Below are positions 1 through 9,654 of a DNA stretch of 64,000 nucleotides, piece after piece. The stretch comes from Chloroflexota bacterium. Lineage in GTDB: Bacteria > Chloroflexota > Anaerolineae > Anaerolineales > Villigracilaceae. Where the stretch lies: positions 80,852 to 144,851 of the forward strand of contig JAJYLQ010000003.1 in the NCBI GenBank assembly GCA_021787595.1. The letters are read 5' to 3'. The translations under genes and the position numbers were made by a program. The notes under the pieces were generated by a model. It was given only the letters and a program-made list of their open reading frames with translations, was not told the origin of the DNA and did no database searches. How positions within the stretch are numbered: the first letter of the stretch is position 1; each line of letters opens with the position of its first letter.

Positions 1-1
1 G

Positions 2-379
2 ATCCCGGCCATCGTGCGCCTGTATAACCAGATGCCGGAACCGAAATATGTGGTTGCCATGGGCGCGTGCGCTTCGGGCGGCGGCCCATTCAAGGAAGGC
101 TATAACGTTGTCGCGGGTGTTGACAAATTCGTGCCGGTGGACGTTTACATTCCCGGCTGCCCTCCCACCCCGCAGGCACTCACCGCCGGTCTGATGAAAC
201 TGCAGGAAAAGATTGATAAAGAATCCATCCGAAAAGTTCGCTGGTATCAAAAGGGCGCGGACTCGGTTGAACTTCCCATCCCGGTGCTCGGACCCGATCT
301 GATGGATCCGCGCCGCTACAACGAGATCAAGATGCTGGCCGCAAAACCCGCGGAACCTGCGACTGAGTCAAAGGCATAG
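2..379 (+). CDS. nuoB: NADH:quinone oxidoreductase subunit B (NuoB), 5' end outside the window
   Basis: Frame open from the window edge. C-terminal NuoB signatures [14 protein letters not shown] and YIPGCPPTP (N2 cluster Cys ligands). Confidence 0.9.
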   Translation: MPAIVRLYNQMPEPKYVVAMGACASGGGPFKEGYNVVAGVDKFVPVDVYIPGCPPTPQALTAGLMKLQEKIDKESIRKVRWYQKGADSVELPIPVLGPDLMDPRRYNEIKMLAAKPAEPATESKA

Positions 380-388
380 GAGGACGAG

Positions 389-2125
389 ATGACAACACTC
401 GTTGAAACTGAGACCCTCGACCTTGCCGCGCGTTTCCCCGGCTCTGCCGCCGCTGACACCCGCCCCGGTTACAGCGACTGGATTGTCAACAAAGATAAAC
501 TCGTTGAAGTTGCGACAACGCTGCGCGACGAATTTGGTTACGACCTGCTTTCGCATGTGACCGGCGTGGATTACTTCCCTGACAAAATGGAAGTGGTCTA
601 CGAGGCATTCAAAACAACGGGCGGGCCTGGAGTTTTGTTCAAGGTTCAGGTTCCGCGCGTGGACCCAATTGAAGTCCCGTCGGTCACGCCAATCTGGCCT
701 GGTGCGGAATTCCAGGAGCGCGAGATTTGGGATTTGTATGGAATCAAATTTACGAATCATCCCGACCTGCGCCGCATCCTGATGTGGGAAGGCTTCGAAG
801 GCCATCCGCTTCGCAAAGACTGGCATGAGCCTTTCTACGAAGAAGACTTCAAGCCGCTCAAGAGCCGCTGGCCGGACGGCAAATATGTCAGTTCTGAAGA
901 CAAGAATCCGTACAAGGACAATTTGCAATTCCCGCAGAACTTCGATCCCGAAAAAGTAAAAATTGACGGCGAAGCTCCGCTGTATGACACCCTGCAAAAA
1001 TATACAACGGTTGACGGCGGCATCAAGACCGATCACATCATCGTCAACATGGGGCCGCAGCATCCTTCCACGCACGGTGTGTTCCGCGCCGCGGTGGTTC
1101 TCGACGGCGAGACCATCGTCAGCCTCAAGCCGGTGATGGGCTATTTGCATCGCAATCACGAAAAGATCGGCGAGCGAAATACGTTCCTGCAAAACATGCC
1201 CTACACCGACCGCCTCGATTACTTCAATTCGATGAGCAACAACTGGGGCTATTCGCTGGCGGTCGAAAAATTGATGAACATCAAAGTCGCCGAGCGCGCC
1301 GAATACCTGCGCGTCATCATGGCGGAACTCAGCCGTATCCAGAATCACTTGATCCTGATCGGCATGCTGCTCAACGATCTCGGTGCATATTTCACGCCCG
1401 CGTTGTATGCGTTCGAGGAACGCGAACTGATCCTCGACATCTTCGAAGCGACCTCCGGCACGCGCATGATGTGCAACTATCACCGCTTCGGCGGCGTCTC
1501 GCGCGACCTGCCGGAGGGCGTGCTCGAAAAAATCAGGGGACTCGTCGAAGACCGCCTGCCGCGCAAAGCGGACGAGTTCGACCGCCTGCTCACCGAGAAC
1601 GAGATCTTCATCTCCCGCATGAAAGGCGTGAAAGTCATGGATGCCGAGGATGCCGTCAAGTATTCGATCACCGGCCCGGTCTTGCGCGCCGCAGGTGTTC
1701 CCTATGATGTGCGCCGCGCCCAGCCGTACGGCATCTACGATCGTTTCGACTTCGACGTGGCATTGCGGCACAATGGCGACCTGTACGATAACTATCTCAT
1801 CCGTCTCGATGAGATTCGCCAGTCCATTCGCATCCTACAGCAAGCCGTCAAGCAAATGCCCGAAGGACCGATCAACTCGCAGAAACCGCAGTACCAGGTT
1901 CGGGTCCCGGCGGGTGAAGCGTACGGACGCATCGAAGCGCCGAAGGGCGAACTCGGTTATTACGTCATCTCGACCGGCAAGCCGAATCCGTGGCGTTATC
2001 ATGTGCGCGCTCCTTCGTTCATCAACATTACCGCCCTCGAGAAGATGTGCGTCGGAAAGAAGATCGCCGACTTCGTTGTCATCCTCGGCGTGCTGGATAT
2101 CGTGCTGGGTGAACTCGACAGATAA
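389..2125 (+). CDS. nuoCD: Fused NADH:quinone oxidoreductase subunits C and D (NuoCD)
   Basis: ATG preceded by AGGAGGA. N-terminal half is NuoC-like ([20 protein letters not shown]). C-terminal half is NuoD-like ([13 protein letters not shown] ... DIVLGELDR). No NiFe-hydrogenase CxxC motifs. Confidence 0.9.
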   Translation: MTTLVETETLDLAARFPGSAAADTRPGYSDWIVNKDKLVEVATTLRDEFGYDLLSHVTGVDYFPDKMEVVYEAFKTTGGPGVLFKVQVPRVDPIEVPSVTPIWPGAEFQEREIWDLYGIKFTNHPDLRRILMWEGFEGHPLRKDWHEPFYEEDFKPLKSRWPDGKYVSSEDKNPYKDNLQFPQNFDPEKVKIDGEAPLYDTLQKYTTVDGGIKTDHIIVNMGPQHPSTHGVFRAAVVLDGETIVSLKPVMGYLHRNHEKIGERNTFLQNMPYTDRLDYFNSMSNNWGYSLAVEKLMNIKVAERAEYLRVIMAELSRIQNHLILIGMLLNDLGAYFTPALYAFEERELILDIFEATSGTRMMCNYHRFGGVSRDLPEGVLEKIRGLVEDRLPRKADEFDRLLTENEIFISRMKGVKVMDAEDAVKYSITGPVLRAAGVPYDVRRAQPYGIYDRFDFDVALRHNGDLYDNYLIRLDEIRQSIRILQQAVKQMPEGPINSQKPQYQVRVPAGEAYGRIEAPKGELGYYVISTGKPNPWRYHVRAPSFINITALEKMCVGKKIADFVVILGVLDIVLGELDR

Positions 2126-2158
2126 TAACCAATGACATGGTGAATGGAGAACTAACTT

Positions 2159-2761
2159 ATGTATGGTAAAGGAATCATCAAAGGCCTCGGCGTAACCCTC
2201 AAGCGCTTCGCGGACACCTATCTCGATGACATTCAATGGTGGGGACGGCGCTATTACAAGGCGGAAGGAATCGCGCACCGCTCGAGCAAGGACACGCGCG
2301 GTGTATTCACGGTCCAGTATCCGGAAGAAAAACTGCCGGTGCCCGAGGAGTTTCGCTATGTGCCATTCCTCGTTTACGATGACGGCACGGACGGCGGGAA
2401 GGAAGTCCGTTGCACCTCGTGCGGGATTTGCGCCAAGGTCTGCCCGCCGCAATGCATCTGGATCGTGCGCTCGAACGACCCGCAGACCGGACGCCCCATC
2501 CCGGAGCCGACCGAATTCTTCATTGACGCCGACATCTGCATGAACTGCGGTTTTTGCGCGGAGTATTGCCCATTCGATGCGATCATCATGGATCATGATT
2601 ACGAGATCGCCTCGTATCAACGCAATGTGTTCAACATGCAGCAATTGCTCAAACCGGCTTCATATTACAAGAGCATCCGCCCGTTGAATTATCAGCGCAA
2701 CGATGAGGAACGCAGGGCAAAGGAAGCCGCCAAAGCCGCAAAGGCAGGAGCCGCAAGTTAA
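2159..2761 (+). CDS. nuoI: NADH:quinone oxidoreductase subunit I (NuoI), 2x[4Fe-4S] ferredoxin-type
   Basis: GGAGA RBS. Two CxxCxxCxxxCP motifs (CTSCGICAKVCP, CMNCGFCAEYCP). Confidence 0.85.
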   Translation: MYGKGIIKGLGVTLKRFADTYLDDIQWWGRRYYKAEGIAHRSSKDTRGVFTVQYPEEKLPVPEEFRYVPFLVYDDGTDGGKEVRCTSCGICAKVCPPQCIWIVRSNDPQTGRPIPEPTEFFIDADICMNCGFCAEYCPFDAIIMDHDYEIASYQRNVFNMQQLLKPASYYKSIRPLNYQRNDEERRAKEAAKAAKAGAAS

Positions 2762-2870
2762 ATGTCATTGCGAGTGGCGCCAAGGCGCCACGTGGCAATC
2801 TCATGTAACATTCAATTGGTTGTTTGAGGAGATTGCCACGTCGGGGAGAACACCCTCCTCGCAATGACAT
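2762..2870. repeat. Family-A palindromic repeat (ATGTCATTGCGAG...GGCAATCTC / GAGATTGCC...CTCGCAATGACAT)
   Basis: Left arm 2762-2802 and right arm 2829-2870 are reverse complements at the ends. The left arm contains the inner palindrome GTGGCGCCAAGGCGCCAC. Sits between nuoI and apbC. Confidence 0.85.
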
Positions 2871-2885
2871 ACAAGAAAGAAAACA

Positions 2886-3962
2886 ATGACAGATAAACTA
2901 ACCAAAGAATCCATCCTCGCCGCGCTCAGCAAAGTGCAGGAACCTGAACTTCGCAAGGACCTCGTCACGCTGAACATGGTGCGGAATCTCGAAATCTCCG
3001 GTGGGAACGTTTCGTTCACCGTGATGCTGACCACACCCGCCTGCCCATTGCGCGGACAAATCGAAAAGGAAGCCAAACAAGCGGTGCTGGCGCTCGGCGC
3101 AAAGTCGGTTCAGGTCAAGCTCGATTCGGATGTTCCCAACGATGGCCGGATGCGCGGACTGGTCAACATGCCGATCCGCAATGCCATCGCAGTCGGGTCG
3201 GGCAAAGGCGGCGTCGGAAAATCCACGGTGGCCGTCAACATCGCAGTGGCATTGGCGCAGACCGGTGCGCGCGTCGGCTTGTTGGACGCGGACATTTACG
3301 GTCCCAACATCCCAACCATGCTTGGCGTGGAAAAACTTCCGCCGCCGAACGGCAACAAGCTCGTCCCCGCGCAGGCATACGGACTCAAGATGATCTCGAT
3401 GGGATTGCTGGTCAAGCCGGGGCAGCCGCTCATCTGGCGCGGACCGATGCTCAATTCCGCCATCCGCCAGTTCCTCGGCGATGTCGAATGGGGCGAGCTC
3501 GATTATCTGATCGTTGACCTTCCGCCGGGCACGGGCGACGCAGCTTTGTCGCTGGCCCAGGCCCTGCCCCTCAGCGGCGCGGTCATCGTGACGCTCCCGC
3601 AATTGGTCTCGCTCGAAGATGCCAGCCGCGGACTGCAAATGTTCCGCACGCTCGAAGTCCCGATTTTGGGCGTGATCGAAAACATGTCGTACCTCGATCT
3701 GCCCGACGGCACACGCATGGACATCTTCGGTTCGGGCGGCGGCGAACAGCTTGCCCAGGCCACCGAGACGCTCTTCCTCGGCAAGATTCCGATTGACCAG
3801 AATGTGCGCATCGGCGGCGACAGCGGCAGGCCCGTGATCGTGTCCAACCCCGATTCGCCTGTCGCCAAAGCGCTGGCCGAGATCGCGCAGAAAGTCGCAG
3901 CGCAAATTTCCATCGCCGCAATGAGCGGTAAGAATGAATTGCCAATCAATATAGTGGAGTAG
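2886..3962 (+). CDS. apbC: Mrp/ApbC/NBP35-family Fe-S cluster carrier ATPase
   Basis: N-terminal DUF59-like segment followed by the deviant Walker A GSGKGGVGKST. Length and layout are typical of Mrp/ApbC. Confidence 0.9.
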   Translation: MTDKLTKESILAALSKVQEPELRKDLVTLNMVRNLEISGGNVSFTVMLTTPACPLRGQIEKEAKQAVLALGAKSVQVKLDSDVPNDGRMRGLVNMPIRNAIAVGSGKGGVGKSTVAVNIAVALAQTGARVGLLDADIYGPNIPTMLGVEKLPPPNGNKLVPAQAYGLKMISMGLLVKPGQPLIWRGPMLNSAIRQFLGDVEWGELDYLIVDLPPGTGDAALSLAQALPLSGAVIVTLPQLVSLEDASRGLQMFRTLEVPILGVIENMSYLDLPDGTRMDIFGSGGGEQLAQATETLFLGKIPIDQNVRIGGDSGRPVIVSNPDSPVAKALAEIAQKVAAQISIAAMSGKNELPINIVE

Positions 3963-3978
3963 ATGACCGAAAGAAAGC

Positions 3979-4005
3979 AAAAGAGCGGATGGCCGCTCTT
4001 TTATT
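3979..4005 (+). terminator. Rho-independent terminator after apbC
   Basis: Stem AAGAGCGG / CCGCTCTT with loop ATGG, followed by a T-rich tract. Confidence 0.6.
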
Positions 4006-4007
4006 AA

Positions 4008-4140
4008 CTGATGTTACGCAAACTTCTCCCTCATCCCCCAACCCTTCCCCCGAAAAGGGAAGGGAGTCCCCTCTCCCCGCGGGAGAGGACCGGGGTGAAG
4101 GTGTATAAGATGAAAAAATTATTGGATTGCGTAACATCAG
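4008..4140. mobile_element. MITE copy 1 (family B), about 133 bp
   Basis: Terminal inverted repeats CTGATGTTACGCAA / TTGCGTAACATCAG. Flanked by a direct TTATTAA duplication at 4001-4007 and 4141-4147. Near-identical second copy at 8058-8189. Confidence 0.8.
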
Positions 4141-4259
4141 TTATTAAACTTGGCTCTTCGGCGTTTAACGGGAAAGACTAATATTACAGCGCAAGATCAG
4201 GCTCAATCGCATCCACGCGTTCAGCGTTCATGAAAGAACGCGTCCCTCTATTTATATTC

Positions 4260-4268
4260 TGGTATAAT
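4260..4268 (+). promoter_or_regulatory. Possible extended -10 promoter element (TGgTATAAT) for the tRNA
   Basis: TGGTATAAT lies 24 nt upstream of the tRNA 5' end. No convincing -35 element seen. Confidence 0.3.
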
Positions 4269-4291
4269 TCGCCCGCTCTGATGGCGTACCT

Positions 4292-4381
4292 GGAGAGGTC
4301 GCGTAGTTTGGTTTAGCGCGCACGCCTGGAGAGCGTGTTTCCCGAAAGGGAACGCGGGTTCAAATCCCGCCCTCTCCGCCA
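4292..4381 (+). tRNA. tRNA-Ser (anticodon GGA), type II with long variable arm, CCA encoded
   Basis: Acceptor GGAGAGG/CCTCTCC. Anticodon stem CACGC/GCGTG with loop CTGGAGA. Long variable arm. T-arm GCGGG-TTCAAAT-CCCGC. 3' GCCA. Confidence 0.9.
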
Positions 4382-4403
4382 GGAATAGCGGACACGTCCG
4401 CCG

Positions 4404-4444
4404 AAAACAAAACATCCCGAAATGTTCGGGATGTTTTGTTTTTA
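4404..4444 (+). terminator. Rho-independent terminator after the tRNA
   Basis: AAAACATCCCGAA-ATG-TTCGGGATGTTTT hairpin followed by GTTTTT. Confidence 0.75.
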
Positions 4445-4571
4445 GCTTTGACTTTTCAAGCTTGTATTCAAATCAAAGCCTACACAGTGTCTATATAATC
4501 TTTTAACAGTTGAATTACTCCCTCTTGATAGACTACGCATTGAAATAATTCAATCAAGAAAGGGAATTCCC

Positions 4572-6095
4572 ATGGCATCCAGCAAGAAGACCTCCGGGTT
4601 CTTTTCCAGTATCGGATCGAATATCAAAGCAATCCCCGCATTGCTCAAAGATTCCAGAAAGAGATGGCGCGTGATCATTCCGGTCATCGTTGTGATTGCA
4701 GCCATTGGCGGGTTGATTTATTATGAAGCGTTTTATCTTCCATCAAAGAAAACAACATCGGGTCAGGCTGTTCTTCAAACAACTGTAGCGCGGCGCGGCG
4801 ATATCACCCTCAGCGCAAGCGGCACCGGGACTCTGCAGGCGGCCCAAACCGCGAATCTTGGGTTCGAGGGCGTCGGCTCTTCCAACAGCGCCACCCTGTC
4901 GAAGTTGAACGTGATCGTAGGCGACAAAGTCAAGGCGGGGGAAGTGCTGGCTGAAATTGATGACAGCACGCAGCAAACTGCCCTGCAGCAGGCCCAACAG
5001 GCCCTGGCCAACCTGACATCCCAGGCAGCCATCGCCGCCGCGCAGCAGGCGGTCGCCACGGACATAACCAATGTGTCGAACGCCAAACTCAGCCTGATGA
5101 GCCTGATCAGCCCAGCCGTGTTTACATCGGAACTGCAGGTGGCGGCAGACCAACAAGCCCTGGATGCGGCGAAAACGGCGGGCGGCACATCGCCAACTGC
5201 CGACCAGCAAAAAGCCATTGACGCCGCTCAAGCCAAGCTCCAGACCGACCAGGGCATCCTGGCAGGCAATCAGGTTTGGTATGTCAAGAACTACGTTCCA
5301 AATAACTTTACAGTCATACAGCACAGCGGGAATTCCGCGACGAAGACCATACAGGCTCCGACAGACGCGGAAATTGCCGCGGCGCGCGCTGCCTATGCGG
5401 CCGCGCAAGCCACACTGCAGGAGGATCAATGGTACCTGGATGCGCTGCAGGGCCGGGATATTCCCGCCAACGCCACCGGGACCAATTTGACCGCTCTTCT
5501 AAAAGCCAAATCCGACCTGCAGACGGCTCAAACGAACGTTGGCAGCGCGCAGATCGTCGCGCCTTTCGATGGCGTGGTCACAGCAGTGAACGCGCAGGTT
5601 GGCGATACAGTCGGCAGCAGTACCATTATTACGATGGCGGATGAGAGCAAGTTATATCTTCAGACTTACGTGGACGAATCAGACTACGCCTTGTTCAAAG
5701 TCGGCAATCCGGTGAACGTGGTTTTCAGTGCGCTTCCCAACCAGACCTTTACCGGAAAAGTCGTGCAGGTCAGCCCGGCTCTCTACACCAGTTCGGGACA
5801 ATCTGCTGTAAGCGGCCTCGTTCAACTCGATCCCACCAACGCCAATTTGTTGATTGGCATGGACGCCACCGTAACGGTCATCGGCGGGCAGGCGCAGAAT
5901 GCAGTGATCATCCCGATTTCCGCGCTGCATGAATATGCGCCCAACCAATATGCCGTCTTCGTTGATCGAAATGGACAACTGAGTGTGACTTTTGTTCAGG
6001 TCGGCTTGCAGGACCTGGTGAATGCAGAAATCAAATCAGGATTGCAGGCAGGCGAAGTTGTCAGCACCGGGCTGGTAGGAACAAAATCGCAATGA
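4572..6095 (+). CDS. HlyD/MacA-type periplasmic adaptor (membrane fusion protein)
   Basis: N-terminal TM anchor, long Ala/Gln-rich coiled-coil region, and a C-terminal barrel-like region ([16 protein letters not shown]). Stop overlaps the next start (ATGA). Confidence 0.75.
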   Translation: MASSKKTSGFFSSIGSNIKAIPALLKDSRKRWRVIIPVIVVIAAIGGLIYYEAFYLPSKKTTSGQAVLQTTVARRGDITLSASGTGTLQAAQTANLGFEGVGSSNSATLSKLNVIVGDKVKAGEVLAEIDDSTQQTALQQAQQALANLTSQAAIAAAQQAVATDITNVSNAKLSLMSLISPAVFTSELQVAADQQALDAAKTAGGTSPTADQQKAIDAAQAKLQTDQGILAGNQVWYVKNYVPNNFTVIQHSGNSATKTIQAPTDAEIAAARAAYAAAQATLQEDQWYLDALQGRDIPANATGTNLTALLKAKSDLQTAQTNVGSAQIVAPFDGVVTAVNAQVGDTVGSSTIITMADESKLYLQTYVDESDYALFKVGNPVNVVFSALPNQTFTGKVVQVSPALYTSSGQSAVSGLVQLDPTNANLLIGMDATVTVIGGQAQNAVIIPISALHEYAPNQYAVFVDRNGQLSVTFVQVGLQDLVNAEIKSGLQAGEVVSTGLVGTKSQ

Positions 6096-6817
6096 GCGAA
6101 AAGACCATTATCGAAACGACAGACCTCACCAAGGTCTACGGGATGGGCGACGCCGAAGTCCGGGCGCTGGATGGCGTAAGCATCAGCATCCAGTCCGGGG
6201 AATTCGTGGCGATCATGGGACCCTCGGGTTCGGGAAAAAGCACGCTCATGCACATTCTGGGCTGCCTCTCCCGCCCAACATCCGGCCAATACATACTCGA
6301 TGGACAGGATGTGAGCAATCTGGATAACAAGCAACTGGCGCTCATCCGAAACCGCAAGATCGGCTTTGTATTCCAGGCTTATAACCTGTTGAGCCGCACC
6401 ACCGCTGTGCGGAACGTCATGTTGCCGCTCATCTATGACCGCGAGAATCACAGGACACCGGCGGAGAGCGAGGCACTGGCGCGCGGGCTGCTCGAAAAGG
6501 TCGGACTGGCCACCCGCATGAATCACGAACCGCAGGAGCTATCCGGCGGCCAGCAGCAGCGCGTGGCCGTGGCGCGCGCGCTGGTCAACAATCCGGTCCT
6601 GCTGATCGGCGACGAGCCAACCGGCAACCTCGACAGCCATTCCGGGACGGAGATACTCGATCTCTTTCACGAGATCCATCACCAGGGAGCGACGATTGTG
6701 ATCGTTACGCACGACCCGAAGATCGCCGCCCACGCACAGCGAACCATCGAACTGCAGGATGGGAAGATCGCCAAAGTCACGCAAAACGGCAAAGGCGATC
6801 ATTCGGCGAAAGGATGA
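6092..6817 (+). CDS. ABC transporter ATP-binding protein (MacB/LolD-type)
   Basis: Walker [10 protein letters not shown], signature [15 protein letters not shown], Walker B LLIGDEPT. Confidence 0.9.
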   Translation: MSEKTIIETTDLTKVYGMGDAEVRALDGVSISIQSGEFVAIMGPSGSGKSTLMHILGCLSRPTSGQYILDGQDVSNLDNKQLALIRNRKIGFVFQAYNLLSRTTAVRNVMLPLIYDRENHRTPAESEALARGLLEKVGLATRMNHEPQELSGGQQQRVAVARALVNNPVLLIGDEPTGNLDSHSGTEILDLFHEIHHQGATIVIVTHDPKIAAHAQRTIELQDGKIAKVTQNGKGDHSAKG

Positions 6818-6821
6818 CCCA

Positions 6822-8057
6822 ATGAAATTATCTGAAGTCTTTCGATTTGCCTGGGAAGCTTTAACCAAGAACAAGATCCGGTCGCTCCTGACCACATTGG
6901 GAATCATTATCGGTGTGTCGGCGGTGATCATGGTGGTTTCGATCAGCGCCGGGACGGAAGCCACCATCAGCGACCAGATTACCAGCCTCGGCTCGGACCT
7001 GATCTTCATCACGCCAAATTTCGACCGGGGTGGCGCCCAAAGCTTTACTCCCAACAACCGGGGCGGACTGGTCTTTACCGACGCCGCGGCGATTGACCAG
7101 CAGGTTCCCGGCGTGCTCGGCGTGACGGTGGAACAAGGCTCGACTCAAAACGTCATCGGCAATGGCGCGACCTTGACCAGCGTGGATATTCTCGGAACCA
7201 CGCCCGACTTCCCCACCGTTCGAAGCATGACCGTAACCAATGGGAACTTCTTTACGGACCAGGCCGTGAACGACAAACAAAGGGTCGCGGTGCTTGGTTC
7301 GAGCATCGCCCAACAGCTCTTTGGAAATTCCGATCCGGTCGGGCAATATGTAACCGTCGGCAATACGCAGTTGATCGTCATCGGCGTGTTCGGGCCGCGC
7401 GGCTCCGTCGGCGGCGTGGATTATGACTCGCGCGTCTACATACCGATCACCGTGGTCTTCCAGAAGTTCACGCCCTCGGAGTTTGCGCGCTTCCTGGGCG
7501 ACAGAGTCCGGTTGATCTATGTAAAGGTTGATCCGAAATATGCGCTCAACGATGTCATCCTCCAGATTCAACTGCTGCTTTACAAACGTCATGGAGTCAC
7601 TGCCAGCAATCCTGATTTCAACATCACCACCCAGCAGGATATCATCAACACGCAGGAATCCACGACGGCCGCGTTCCGTTCGCTGCTGGCGTGGGTTGCC
7701 GGTGTTTCCCTGCTCGTCGGCGGAATCGGCATCATGAACATCATGCTGGTCAGCGTCACGGAGCGGACACATGAGATCGGCATCCGCCAGTCCATCGGCG
7801 CGACGACCGATGATATCCGCATCCAGTTCCTGGCGGAAGCGTTGTTGTTGAGCATCATCGGAGGCCTGATCGGCCTGATCGTCGGCATGGCCGGTTCGGT
7901 ATTGTTCGGCAGTCTCAGCGGAATGCGGACCGTGATCGTGCCAAGCTCCATTTTCCTGGCATTCGGTTCAGCGGCGATCGTGGGAATTTTCTTCGGCTTC
8001 TACCCGGCCAACCGCGCCGCGCAATTGGATCCGATCGAAGCGCTGCGTTATGAGTAA
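6822..8057 (+). CDS. ABC transporter permease, MacB/FtsX family
   Basis: ATG at 6822 lies 5 nt after the ATPase stop. N-terminal TM, large extracytoplasmic domain, C-terminal FtsX-like 3-TM bundle. I trimmed the ORF-track N-terminal extension. Confidence 0.8.
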   Translation: MKLSEVFRFAWEALTKNKIRSLLTTLGIIIGVSAVIMVVSISAGTEATISDQITSLGSDLIFITPNFDRGGAQSFTPNNRGGLVFTDAAAIDQQVPGVLGVTVEQGSTQNVIGNGATLTSVDILGTTPDFPTVRSMTVTNGNFFTDQAVNDKQRVAVLGSSIAQQLFGNSDPVGQYVTVGNTQLIVIGVFGPRGSVGGVDYDSRVYIPITVVFQKFTPSEFARFLGDRVRLIYVKVDPKYALNDVILQIQLLLYKRHGVTASNPDFNITTQQDIINTQESTTAAFRSLLAWVAGVSLLVGGIGIMNIMLVSVTERTHEIGIRQSIGATTDDIRIQFLAEALLLSIIGGLIGLIVGMAGSVLFGSLSGMRTVIVPSSIFLAFGSAAIVGIFFGFYPANRAAQLDPIEALRYE

Positions 8058-8189
8058 TTGATGTTACGCAAACTTTTCCCTCATCCCCCAACTCTTCCCC
8101 CGAAAGGGGAAGGGAGTCCCCTCTCCCGCGGGAGAGGGCCGGGGTGAGGGTGTAGAAGATGAAAAAATTATTGGATTGCGTAACATCAG
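8058..8189. mobile_element. MITE copy 2 (family B), about 132 bp
   Basis: Same TIRs as copy 1. Flanked by a direct TGAGTAA duplication at 8051-8057 and 8190-8196. The left copy contains the permease stop codon. Confidence 0.8.
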
Positions 8190-8229
8190 TGAGTAATTGA
8201 AATCCGTCCGACTCTCGAAGGAGAAAAAA

Positions 8230-8883
8230 ATGAGAAAGAAAACACTTGGCATCACTCTAATTGTCCTTTTGGCAATGATCTTAACGGCTTGCGGAGCCAC
8301 AACCAGCGGATCCGGTCCAGCCGCATCGAATCGGAGCGGCGGTTCCTTCCGCACCGCCGCCCTCACTCCGACTACCAGGCTGGCAATTGGCACCTTCAAA
8401 TTGGAAGGCACTCCGCAAGCCGTGAATACAACCCAGGCTGCCAAATTGATTCCGCTTTGGCAGCTGATGAATCAATTGGAAACCGGCAGTTCGACCGCGC
8501 CGCAGGAAGTAACAGCCACTGAAAACGCCATACAGGCCGCGATGACTCCCGCGCAGGTTCAGGCCATTGATGGTATGCAGATTTCGCAGCGAGACATCTT
8601 CACTGTTCTGCAGCAATCGGGTGCGCTGCCCTCCGGCGGAGCCGGAACAGGTCAAAACGGCGGATTCACCCGTTCTGGAAACGGCGGCAACTTCCGCGGC
8701 GGCGGAGGCGGCGGCCTCGGCTTCCTGTTCGGCGGCGGTAATCGTCCGCAACAATCCGGCAACAATGGCACCCCCGCCGCCAGCAACGGCGCCGGGTCGA
8801 GCGGCAGCGGCCTCGGAAGTTTCAACTCCGCGTTGATCGCACAGCTCATAAAACTGCTTCAATCGAAGGCGCAGCCGGGGTAA
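8230..8883 (+). CDS. Lipoprotein with Gly/Asn/Ser-rich low-complexity C-terminal region, unknown function
   Basis: AAGGAG RBS then ATG at 8230. Signal peptide with lipobox LTAC. Gly-rich tail (GGNFRGGGGGGLGFLFGGG). Confidence 0.55.
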   Translation: MRKKTLGITLIVLLAMILTACGATTSGSGPAASNRSGGSFRTAALTPTTRLAIGTFKLEGTPQAVNTTQAAKLIPLWQLMNQLETGSSTAPQEVTATENAIQAAMTPAQVQAIDGMQISQRDIFTVLQQSGALPSGGAGTGQNGGFTRSGNGGNFRGGGGGGLGFLFGGGNRPQQSGNNGTPAASNGAGSSGSGLGSFNSALIAQLIKLLQSKAQPG

Positions 8884-8955
8884 CACGAATCAACAATGAT
8901 CGGAATGCAAGAGCGTTTTATACTAGGGCTGCATGGACCGGATGAAGAACGAGAA

Positions 8956-9654
8956 ATGAACACAACGAAAACAGTGATGGTTGTTGACGATGAAAAGCGT
9001 TTGGTCTCCCTGGTCGAGAGTTATCTCGCCCAGGAAGGCTTTCGCGTGATCACGGCCTTTAACGGCCGCGAGGCCCTGAACAATGCGCGCAGGGAAGAAC
9101 CGGATTTGATCATCCTGGATATCATGATGCCCGAAATGGACGGCTATGAGTTCCTGGAAGCTTATCGAAAGGATCATCGGACTCCGATCATTCTGCTCAC
9201 CGCGCGCGTCGAGGAGGAAGACCACGTGATCGGCCTGGACCTCGGAGCGGACGATTACGTCACCAAGCCTTTCCGCCCCCGCGAGCTGATGGCGCGCGTC
9301 CGCGCGGTGCTGCGACGCGCGGGCGAACTCGAACCTGCCGCCAAAGTCTTGTCGGTTTCCGATATCACGCTCGACCGCGAAAGCCGCTCTGTAAAAGTGG
9401 ACCAGCACTACGTGGATTTGACGCCGTCGGAATTCGATCTGCTGGCCGCCCTGATGTCCGCGCCGGGACGCGTCTTCTCGCGCCTCGACCTGCTCGACAT
9501 CATCCAGGGCGTGCGCTACGAAGGTTATCAGCGCACGATAGACCTGCACATCAAGAACTTGCGCGCCAAGATCGAACCCGAGCCGCGCGCGCCGCGTTAC
9601 ATCGAGACCGTCTATGGCGTTGGTTACCGGTTTGCGAGAGAGAATTCCTCATGA
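8956..9654 (+). CDS. OmpR/PhoB-family response regulator
   Basis: Receiver domain (VMVVDDE ... LDIMMPEMDG) and winged-helix output domain (ETVYGVGYRF). Stop overlaps the kinase start (ATGA). Confidence 0.9.
   Translation: MNTTKTVMVVDDEKRLVSLVESYLAQEGFRVITAFNGREALNNARREEPDLIILDIMMPEMDGYEFLEAYRKDHRTPIILLTARVEEEDHVIGLDLGADDYVTKPFRPRELMARVRAVLRRAGELEPAAKVLSVSDITLDRESRSVKVDQHYVDLTPSEFDLLAALMSAPGRVFSRLDLLDIIQGVRYEGYQRTIDLHIKNLRAKIEPEPRAPRYIETVYGVGYRFARENSS

Noticed and set aside
368-1771. A long antisense ORF (467 aa) opposite nuoCD. Similar shadow ORFs occur at 2898-3980, 14988-16406, 6861-7772, 8923-9549, 10371-11000, 34540-35244 and 56574-57521.
   Set aside because: Each lies entirely opposite a gene with strong family motifs. 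Their translations are Arg/Ala/Gly/His-rich and low-complexity with no recognisable motifs. This is typical of open antisense frames in G+C-rich DNA.
4292-4381. Whether the long-variable-arm tRNA could be tRNA-Sec or tRNA-Leu.
   Set aside because: The 7-nt anticodon loop CTGGAGA places GGA (Ser) at the anticodon, not UCA (Sec) or a Leu anticodon. The acceptor stem is the standard 7 bp.
8567-8886. Alternative-frame ORFs across the Gly-rich tail of the lipoprotein gene (8567-8836 +, 8652-8849 -, 8281-8886 -).
   Set aside because: They arise from GGC/GCC-rich low-complexity coding sequence. Only the lipoprotein frame has a signal peptide and an RBS.
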